This document shows positions 56,802 to 64,000 of a stretch of DNA of 64,000 nucleotides, piece after piece. Origin of the DNA: an uncultured Clostridia bacterium (GTDB taxonomy: Bacteria; Bacillota; Clostridia; TANB77; CAG-508); NCBI GenBank assembly GCA_934149165.1, contig CAKPDY010000003.1:24228-88227 (forward strand), given 5' to 3'. Under the pieces are notes generated by a model that was not told where the DNA came from, did no database searches, and saw only the letters and a program-made list of their open reading frames with translations. The translations under genes were made by a program, and so were the position numbers. How positions within the stretch are numbered: position 1 is the first letter of the stretch; every line of letters starts with the position of its first letter.

Positions 56802-59800
56802 TTATTTTACCATCTCTTTACATTTTAACTCAGCTTGTTTTATAACAGTTTGAACTGCCTTTTCGCTTTTGTTAGGTGGATAATTATATTTAATTAAAAG
56901 CTTCTTAATTTCAATTCTCATTTTAGCTCTTGCATCTTTTCTAATATCCCAATCAATCGTCATATTATTATTAACTGTCTCAACAAGTTCTTTTGCTATT
57001 TGAACTAAGATTTCATCCTTCATTAATTCTTTAACTTCTGGATCATCTCCTAATGCATCAAAGAATGCTTTTTCTTCTGACGATAAATTAAATTCATTTC
57101 CTGCTTTTAATTCTTCTTCAATTTCATTTTTTAAGTTTATTAATTCTTCAATTATTTTTTGTATGTCTTCTACACTTGTCCTCTCATTATATGTTGCTGC
57201 AATTTTTTGAAACTTTGTTGAGAACTTTTCCATCATAACAACATTTTGTCTTCCTATTTGATTAACATACTCTTTTAAAGCTCTATTCAGTACCTCAACT
57301 GCAATATTTTTCTTTTGCATTTTTGCTAACTTATTTAATATATCATTGCTTAATAATGCCAATTGATTACTATTGTGTACTTCTCCTATTTGTAGCATTT
57401 CATCATCTTGTATTGCTCTTTCTAACATTTGCGCTACATTTGCGTTTATTTCTTTAACGTCTATTCTTTCTCCGCTTAGTTTTGATATGAATGATCTTAC
57501 AGCTATAAAGAATAATATTTCATCTTTTAATTCCTGTGATAATGCTCCTGTGCATAACGCATATAAGCTTTTAACATCATAACTATATTTCATAAATGCT
57601 TTTTTAATTTCTTCTGTTTTGAGCATCAAGTTCGCTCCTGCCATAATAATTTCATACTTATCGCTATCTGTTGTTGTAGCAAAATGTCCATAATAGAATC
57701 CTTTAAATAAATCTCTAATTAATTCAACTTTATCATTTAAAACTTTTACCAATTCACTATTATCTACAATTTTGCCTTGGTCTCTCTTCGTATATGTTTT
57801 CAATGCATCTAGCAACCATCTTTTTAGTCCTATGTAATCAACAATTAGTCCACCAGTTTTATCTTTATAAACTCTATTAACTCTTGCAATTGCCTGCATT
57901 AAGTTATGTGCTTTCATAGGTTTGTCTATATACATAGTTCCAAGTCCTGGTACATCAAATCCTGTTAACCACATATCTACAACTATTGCAATTTTAAAAT
58001 CAGAATCCATATCTTTAAAATCTACTTCTAGCTGCTTTTTATCTTTTTTAGAGCCTATTGCTTTTTGCATCTCTTCGTCATCTTTATTATTAGATGTTAT
58101 TATCATATTAACTTTATTTTTCCATTCTGGTCTTAGCTCTAAGAATTTATTATACATTGTAAATGCAGATTGTCTTGAATAAGCTACGACCATTACTTTA
58201 TTAGCCACACTTGTTTCTATTTCCTTATAATGTTTTATAATATCTTTTACTATCAATTCTAGTCTATCTGGATCTTCTATTATTTGTTTCATTGTAGCCA
58301 TTGCTTTTTTAGACTCTGCTATTTTATAGTCATCAATACCTTCTTCTGTTTCAAGCATATTATAGTAATCATCTATCTCATCTAATATCTTTTGATTTAA
58401 TCCTACTCTTGCCATTCTGGATTCATACATAATTGGTACTGTTGCACCATCCATAATTGCTTGTGTCATATCGTATGTATCTATTATATCTCCAAACACA
58501 TTAGTTGTTGATTTGTCTTTTGTTTCAACAGGTGTTCCTGTAAATCCAATGTATGTTGCATTTGGAAAAGCATCGTGTAAATATTTTGCTGTTCCGTATT
58601 TCTTGTATGCTTCCATTTTAGCTTTATCAAATTTTATGGTCGCATCCAATCCATAATGACTTCTATGTGCTTCATCTACTAAAACCAAAATATCATCTCT
58701 TCGGCTAAATACTCCTGTTTCTTCTTCAAACTTTTGTAATGTAGTGAAGAATATTCCACCAGATTTTCTTCCTTCTAATTTTTCATTTAGATCTTGTCTA
58801 TTTTCTATCTGTACTGGTTCTTGTTTTAAATAACCTGAACATTTTGCAAATGTACTAAATAATTGATTATCTAAATCATTTCTATCTGTTACAACTACTA
58901 TACTTGGATTATTTAATACTTTAATCATATTACCTGCATAAAATACCATTGAAAAGCTTTTTCCACTTCCCTGTGTATGCCAAAGTAATCCTGCTTTTCC
59001 TGTTTTATTGTCTATTGCATTTTCTGTACTTGTTATAGCTTTTTTAACTCCAAAATATTGGTGATATGCTGATAAGATTTTACTGTCTTCACTCCATAAT
59101 ATGAAATTACTTATAATATCTAATAATCTATCTTTTCTGAGCATCCCATTAAATAGAGTTTGATGTGTTGGCATATTTTCTTTTACTTCATCTGTATCTT
59201 CTACTTTTTTCCATTCTGAAAATCTACTCCATGGGCTCGTTATTGTTCCTGCTCTTGCTTGTACTCCATCGCTTACTATCATAAATTGATTATAATAGAA
59301 TAATGTTGGTATATGTACTTCTTGATAACCTTTTAATTGGTGATATCCATCTATTAATTTTACATCTTCTCTTACTGTTGATTTTAATTCAACAACAACT
59401 AGCGGCATACCATTTATAAATATAATTATATCTGGTCTTTTTTCACTATGTTCAATGATTGTATATTGATTAATTGCTTTAAATGTATTGTTTTTGATAT
59501 TTTCAAAATCTATTATTTTAACAGTTTTATATTTTGTTTCTCCATCTTCTTGAATTAGTACAGAAATCCCATCTAGTAAATATTTAGTAAATTGTTTATT
59601 ATTTAATATAGTATTGTTGTTGTCTAAATTTCTAACTGTTCTTATAACTTCTTGTATCTGTTCAAAATCAATTTCTTTGTTCATTCTTTCTATTGCATCG
59701 AAAAGTTCTTCTTCTAACAATACTTTAGAGAAGTCTGTTCGTTTCATTTCATATCCATTTATACATTCATATCCTAAATCTTGTAATATTTCCATTGTTA

Positions 59801-59828
59801 CACTTTCTAGTGTTTCTTCATCAAACAT
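56802..59828 (-). CDS. hsdR: Type I restriction enzyme R subunit
   Basis: HTQGSGKS, LVDEAHRSH and QAIARVNR helicase motifs. An N-terminal PD-(D/E)XK region (DIIIFINGMPLVVVELK). Confidence 0.95.
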   Translation of the reverse strand: MFDEETLESVTMEILQDLGYECINGYEMKRTDFSKVLLEEELFDAIERMNKEIDFEQIQEVIRTVRNLDNNNTILNNKQFTKYLLDGISVLIQEDGETKYKTVKIIDFENIKNNTFKAINQYTIIEHSEKRPDIIIFINGMPLVVVELKSTVREDVKLIDGYHQLKGYQEVHIPTLFYYNQFMIVSDGVQARAGTITSPWSRFSEWKKVEDTDEVKENMPTHQTLFNGMLRKDRLLDIISNFILWSEDSKILSAYHQYFGVKKAITSTENAIDNKTGKAGLLWHTQGSGKSFSMVFYAGNMIKVLNNPSIVVVTDRNDLDNQLFSTFAKCSGYLKQEPVQIENRQDLNEKLEGRKSGGIFFTTLQKFEEETGVFSRRDDILVLVDEAHRSHYGLDATIKFDKAKMEAYKKYGTAKYLHDAFPNATYIGFTGTPVETKDKSTTNVFGDIIDTYDMTQAIMDGATVPIMYESRMARVGLNQKILDEIDDYYNMLETEEGIDDYKIAESKKAMATMKQIIEDPDRLELIVKDIIKHYKEIETSVANKVMVVAYSRQSAFTMYNKFLELRPEWKNKVNMIITSNNKDDEEMQKAIGSKKDKKQLEVDFKDMDSDFKIAIVVDMWLTGFDVPGLGTMYIDKPMKAHNLMQAIARVNRVYKDKTGGLIVDYIGLKRWLLDALKTYTKRDQGKIVDNSELVKVLNDKVELIRDLFKGFYYGHFATTTDSDKYEIIMAGANLMLKTEEIKKAFMKYSYDVKSLYALCTGALSQELKDEILFFIAVRSFISKLSGERIDVKEINANVAQMLERAIQDDEMLQIGEVHNSNQLALLSNDILNKLAKMQKKNIAVEVLNRALKEYVNQIGRQNVVMMEKFSTKFQKIAATYNERTSVEDIQKIIEELINLKNEIEEELKAGNEFNLSSEEKAFFDALGDDPEVKELMKDEILVQIAKELVETVNNNMTIDWDIRKDARAKMRIEIKKLLIKYNYPPNKSEKAVQTVIKQAELKCKEMVK

Positions 59829-59849
59829 AATTAGCCCCCTAAATTATAT

Positions 59850-60665
59850 CTAATTATTTAATAGTTGCTTTCTTTCATTTTTTATTTTGTTGACTTGAAC
59901 TGTTCTTATGGCATGTATCATCATAACAAAACAATTGTCATACCACTTAATCAATTCCTTATCTGTAAAGCTTTTATATGGTTCTTCTTTTATAGGATGA
60001 TTTATCCCCATTTTGTTCACAATTACACCGATTGCATTATCCAACTCTTTATCGAATGATTTTATATTAATATTTTTTTCTATATATAAATCTAATTCTT
60101 TTAAAATACTTTTTTTAGCCTCTATATCATTTTCTATTCTAAAATCATTATATTCTAAAAGTATATCTGCTATTTCTTTATTAACTATTTTAAGTATAGA
60201 ATCAACATCCGAATCTCTTTTAGTTATAATTATTTTATCATCAATTTGTTTTAATTTATAATTCATCTTTTCTAGTATTCTCGGAATATTTTCTATTGCA
60301 GCCAGAGTATTCCCTAATAGTTCAATGCTCTTATCTTCTTTTACCAGCAAAAACATATTAGATAAAAATTCTAAGTAATATAAAAAACTTTTCTCATCTA
60401 TGTATTGTCCTCCATATGTGCAAGTCTCTTCATAATCGATACCAATATGTTCTAAATATTCCCCCACTCCTAAAAAAGTGTCTCGATATTTCCATTTTAA
60501 AAACACCCTTTTGTCTATAGCCTCCATCACTGTATTATAATCTCTTTGATGATAACTATCTTCTGCAAATATTGCAGCATTTGGATCCACATGAAATACA
60601 TACACTAATTTTTCAAACTCTTTATTTATATCTAATCTGTTCTCAAGTTCAAAAATGCTATTCAT
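59850..60665 (-). CDS. Hypothetical protein embedded between hsdS and hsdR
   Basis: 271-aa ORF, 32 nt after hsdS and 21 nt before hsdR. No motif recognised. Confidence 0.6.
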   Translation of the reverse strand: MNSIFELENRLDINKEFEKLVYVFHVDPNAAIFAEDSYHQRDYNTVMEAIDKRVFLKWKYRDTFLGVGEYLEHIGIDYEETCTYGGQYIDEKSFLYYLEFLSNMFLLVKEDKSIELLGNTLAAIENIPRILEKMNYKLKQIDDKIIITKRDSDVDSILKIVNKEIADILLEYNDFRIENDIEAKKSILKELDLYIEKNINIKSFDKELDNAIGVIVNKMGINHPIKEEPYKSFTDKELIKWYDNCFVMMIHAIRTVQVNKIKNERKQLLNN

Positions 60666-60697
60666 TTAATCCCTCCAGTTAATTATAATGTATTTAA

Positions 60698-61864
60698 CTA
60701 AATTTCTATTTTTTCTATGTTTATTTCACCATTCATTAGTTTTGGTAACAATGAATCTCTTAAATTAATAAGCATATTGTTTTCATCCATAATTGCTAAT
60801 CTTTTTTTTAGGCAATCCAATGCAAATTTATGATATTTTTTTATATCATCACTTGTTGGTATTCTCACTTGAAAAGCTTGTATATCTCCTGCATTAAATC
60901 CAGCTTGTGCGCTTCTTTGTCCTACACTATTAATATATTCATAGAATTGCTTTTCTTCTAAAATTGTTCTAAGTAACTCTTTATATTCGTCTTTTTTAGG
61001 TAACACCTTAGCTAATGCAACATTATATGCGCCTTTTATTCCATAGCATATTCTCCCTAATGATGCTCCGTATCTTGCTATTAATATATCATCTTTCTCA
61101 CACAATTTATTCCTTTTAGATATTGGAATATAACAAATGTGTGAATCTGTATCAAAATCCCTAATTTGTACAAATCTAACATTATACTCTGTTCTTTCAT
61201 ATTGAAACTCATATGCTGGAGGTTGGCTTCCACCTTGATAGTCCATTAATTCTGCAAGAGAAATTTTTTCACTATCATCCTGAATCAATTCATAATAAAA
61301 ATTTTTGCACAATTTATGTAAATTATCATTTATCTTATTATTTAATTCTATTTTCTTATCAATATTTAATAAAATATTGGATATCTTTTTTTGAGTCTTT
61401 AAATTCGCAGGATATTTTATTAGGATTTCTTCTCCTATTCTTTGCCTGCTTATTTCAGTTTGACCTGTTGATCCTTCCGCCAATCCTTCAATATATTTTT
61501 GCTGGTTTTTTAATGCATATCCAAAATAAATCGGATCAATTTTTGTTGTATCAGGTCTTACAATGGTTACATGGCTATCAGCTGTAAATAGCTTATTTTC
61601 AAAATTTTGAGCCACTCTTCCTGCAGTACCAACTCCTGTTGAATTTATTAAAACATCATATTTTTTTATTATTTTTTCATTTGTAACTTTCTTTTTGTTT
61701 ATATCATGTAATCTAGAATTTTCTAATAATAATTTATAATCTCTTATACACTTTTGATTTATTACACACATTCCACTTAATTCTTCCGTATATTTAGGAG
61801 TTATTCCTCTTGATATATATTCAGCTAAATGTATTAATTTTGTAACTTTATATTTCATATCCAA
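60698..61864 (-). CDS. hsdS: Type I restriction enzyme S subunit
   Basis: Two target-recognition halves separated by conserved helices (...LPKLMNGEI at the C-terminus). Overlaps hsdM by 17 nt. Confidence 0.9.
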   Translation of the reverse strand: MDMKYKVTKLIHLAEYISRGITPKYTEELSGMCVINQKCIRDYKLLLENSRLHDINKKKVTNEKIIKKYDVLINSTGVGTAGRVAQNFENKLFTADSHVTIVRPDTTKIDPIYFGYALKNQQKYIEGLAEGSTGQTEISRQRIGEEILIKYPANLKTQKKISNILLNIDKKIELNNKINDNLHKLCKNFYYELIQDDSEKISLAELMDYQGGSQPPAYEFQYERTEYNVRFVQIRDFDTDSHICYIPISKRNKLCEKDDILIARYGASLGRICYGIKGAYNVALAKVLPKKDEYKELLRTILEEKQFYEYINSVGQRSAQAGFNAGDIQAFQVRIPTSDDIKKYHKFALDCLKKRLAIMDENNMLINLRDSLLPKLMNGEINIEKIEI

Positions 61865-63350
61865 TAGCCTCCAAATTCTTTTTTATTTCTTCTTCCAACT
61901 TGTGAGACTCTTCAAATTGTGCTTTTAATTCAGTTGTTATTGCTTTCATTTTTTCATCAAAAGGTATTCCGTCATCTTCTTGTTCTTCTGCTCCTACATA
62001 TCTACCTGGTGTTAATACATAATTATTTTCTTTTATATCTTCTATCGTGGATGCTTTGCAGTATCCTGCTATATCTCCATAATTCTTATTATTTTGATAA
62101 TTATGATATGTTTTTGCAATTTTTGATATGTCTTCTTCATCTAGCTCTCTTAATTTTCTTGTAACCATTGTTCCAAAATTTCTGGCATCTATAAACAATG
62201 TTTTACCTTTTTGTTTTTTGTTTCTATTTAAAATCCATATGCTACAAGGTATTGTAACTGTATAGAATAAATTTGATGGCATTGATAATATGCAATCGAC
62301 TAAATCCACTTCTATTAATCTTTTTCTAATTTCTTCTTCTTGTCCACCTGCAGATAAAGAACCATTAGCTAATATTATTGCTGCTTTACTATTCATTGAT
62401 AATTTAGATACCATGTGTTCAACCCAAGCATAGTTTGCATTTCCTTTTGGTGGTATTCCATATTTCCATCTAGGATCATCTAATAATTTTTCTTGTCCCC
62501 AGTCAGAAATATTAAATGGTGGATTTGCTAATACAAAATCTGCTTTTAAATCTTTGTGTAAATCATTATGAAATGTATCGTCTGCAAACTTTCCTAATCC
62601 TTCATTATTTATTCCTCTAATAGCTAGATTCATCTTTGCTAATTTCCATGTTGTTGGATTTTTTTCTTGTCCATATATAGTTAAATTTCTTGCATTTCCA
62701 TTATGTTTCTGAATGAATTTTATACTTTGTACAAACATTCCTCCTGATCCACATGCTGGATCATAAATTCTACCTTGATATGGTTCAAGAATCTCAACCA
62801 TTGTTCTAACTAAACAAGCAGGTGTATAGAATTCTCCGCCTTTTTGCAATTCATTAGACGCAAATTGTCCCAAGAAATATTCATATATTCTTCCCAAGAT
62901 ATCTTTATCTTGTGCTTCTTTACTTCCAATTTTTATATTAGTAAATAAATCAATTATCTCTCCTAAATTAACATTTCTATAATTTGGACTATTAAATTCT
63001 TTAACTAGAACACCTTTTAATGATGGATTTTCCCTTTCAATTTCTTCCAATGCATCATCAATTATTTGTCCTATATGAGGATCCTTAGAATGTGCATTTA
63101 AATATTCCCATCTGGCTCTAGCTGGAACATAAAAAACATTATCTGCCTCATAACTATCTCTATCTTCTTCAAGTCCATAACCATCTTTTACTAAAATTTG
63201 ATATTTCTCTTCAAATGCATCAGAAATATATTTCAAAAATATTAATCCTAATATTATAAATTTATAATCTGAAACTGGAACTGCTCCTCTCATTTTATCA
63301 GCTGATTCCCATAATTTTTTTTCTAATTTTATTAATTCTTCTTCCTTCAT
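61848..63350 (-). CDS. hsdM: Type I restriction enzyme M subunit (N6-adenine methyltransferase)
   Basis: DPACGSGGMF (motif I) and LANPPFN (motif IV). N-terminal HsdM_N pattern. Confidence 0.95.
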   Translation of the reverse strand: MKEEELIKLEKKLWESADKMRGAVPVSDYKFIILGLIFLKYISDAFEEKYQILVKDGYGLEEDRDSYEADNVFYVPARARWEYLNAHSKDPHIGQIIDDALEEIERENPSLKGVLVKEFNSPNYRNVNLGEIIDLFTNIKIGSKEAQDKDILGRIYEYFLGQFASNELQKGGEFYTPACLVRTMVEILEPYQGRIYDPACGSGGMFVQSIKFIQKHNGNARNLTIYGQEKNPTTWKLAKMNLAIRGINNEGLGKFADDTFHNDLHKDLKADFVLANPPFNISDWGQEKLLDDPRWKYGIPPKGNANYAWVEHMVSKLSMNSKAAIILANGSLSAGGQEEEIRKRLIEVDLVDCILSMPSNLFYTVTIPCSIWILNRNKKQKGKTLFIDARNFGTMVTRKLRELDEEDISKIAKTYHNYQNNKNYGDIAGYCKASTIEDIKENNYVLTPGRYVGAEEQEDDGIPFDEKMKAITTELKAQFEESHKLEEEIKKNLEAIGYEI

Positions 63351-63439
63351 TTTTGCACCTCAAATATTTATAATAACTCTAGTATATGTTATATCACAAA
63401 ACGACATTTTTCTCAACAGGTACTTCTAAATATTTACAA

Positions 63440-64000
63440 TTAATTTCTATGAAAAAAATGATCATATGGATAACCGGCTTTAATATATAATTCTGTCAAT
63501 TCCATTTTGTACTTTTCTAATAATTCTAAATACTTTTGTTTAAATACATTTTCACATAACCATTCCACACCTCTACTAGAAACTACCACTTTATTATTAA
63601 CTAAAAATTTGTATTCGCTAAATCCACTTTTACACATTTTCTTAATTGCTTTTCTAACAGTTATATCTTTTTTATTAAAATACTTACATAGTTCATTTAT
63701 ATCCATATCTTCATTCCACCAATTTTCATTATGCTGTATTTTTAGCAATTCCTCATACTGCCTAATTCTATCTTCAAAGAAATCTATGTCAGCATCTGTT
63801 AATGATTTTTCTTTTTGAAAATACACATTTAGTAACCAATAATACCCTTCAATTAAAACAAAATATTTTCTACTTCTTACTTTTTCACTTCTCCATCTAC
63901 AAGTTGGATGTTTTTTTAGCATAACTTCTATAGCTTTTCTTAAATCTTCATGTGTTATTTCTTTTCCATATTTAGTAGTAACACCTAGTAATTGAAATCT
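63440..64000 (-). CDS. Hypothetical protein, 5' end outside the window
   Basis: The frame stays open from 63922 to the window edge (RFQLLGVTTKYGKEITHEDLRKAIEV precedes the annotated Met). No motif recognised. Confidence 0.45.
   Translation of the reverse strand, partial: RFQLLGVTTKYGKEITHEDLRKAIEVMLKKHPTCRWRSEKVRSRKYFVLIEGYYWLLNVYFQKEKSLTDADIDFFEDRIRQYEELLKIQHNENWWNEDMDINELCKYFNKKDITVRKAIKKMCKSGFSEYKFLVNNKVVVSSRGVEWLCENVFKQKYLELLEKYKMELTELYIKAGYPYDHFFHRN

Overview
Very AT-rich, low-GC Firmicute (Clostridia-like) chromosome segment, with almost all genes on the minus strand. Positions 1-35 kb are core genome. They hold the trmD-rimM-KH-rpsP-ffh-ylxM translation/SRP cluster, a REC-like/GGDEF protein, spoIIE and the cell-shape cluster radC-mreB-mreC-mreD-PBP2-minC. 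In that cluster mreB is split by a 1-nt frameshift and no minDE follows minC. The core also holds a 1567-aa wall-anchored adhesin with a thioester-domain signature and three 375-bp tandem repeats, housekeeping enzymes, an epsilon/zeta-like pair, UbiB, hsp20 behind a CIRCE operator, copZ-copA and rsgA. Positions 35.3-42.3 kb are a patch of small accessory genes (two GNATs, APH-like kinase, ASCH, methyltransferase, DUF3795, Fic) with two decayed gene remnants. At 42432-42476 lies a degenerate 3' half of tRNA-fMet, probably an att remnant. Beyond it, to the right edge, is a minus-strand defense island. It contains dinJ-yafQ (toxin frameshifted) and a tightly coupled HNH-like / 1571-aa SMEK-like + NACHT-type STAND NTPase / metallophosphoesterase operon, which is my best candidate for an undescribed system. 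It also contains an AbiL-like AAA ATPase + RloB pair, a block of uncharacterised genes (HTH, membrane protein, PD-(D/E)XK/DUF5655-like) and a type I R-M operon with an extra embedded ORF. All calls rest on motif reading of the supplied translations and sequence. No database search was possible.
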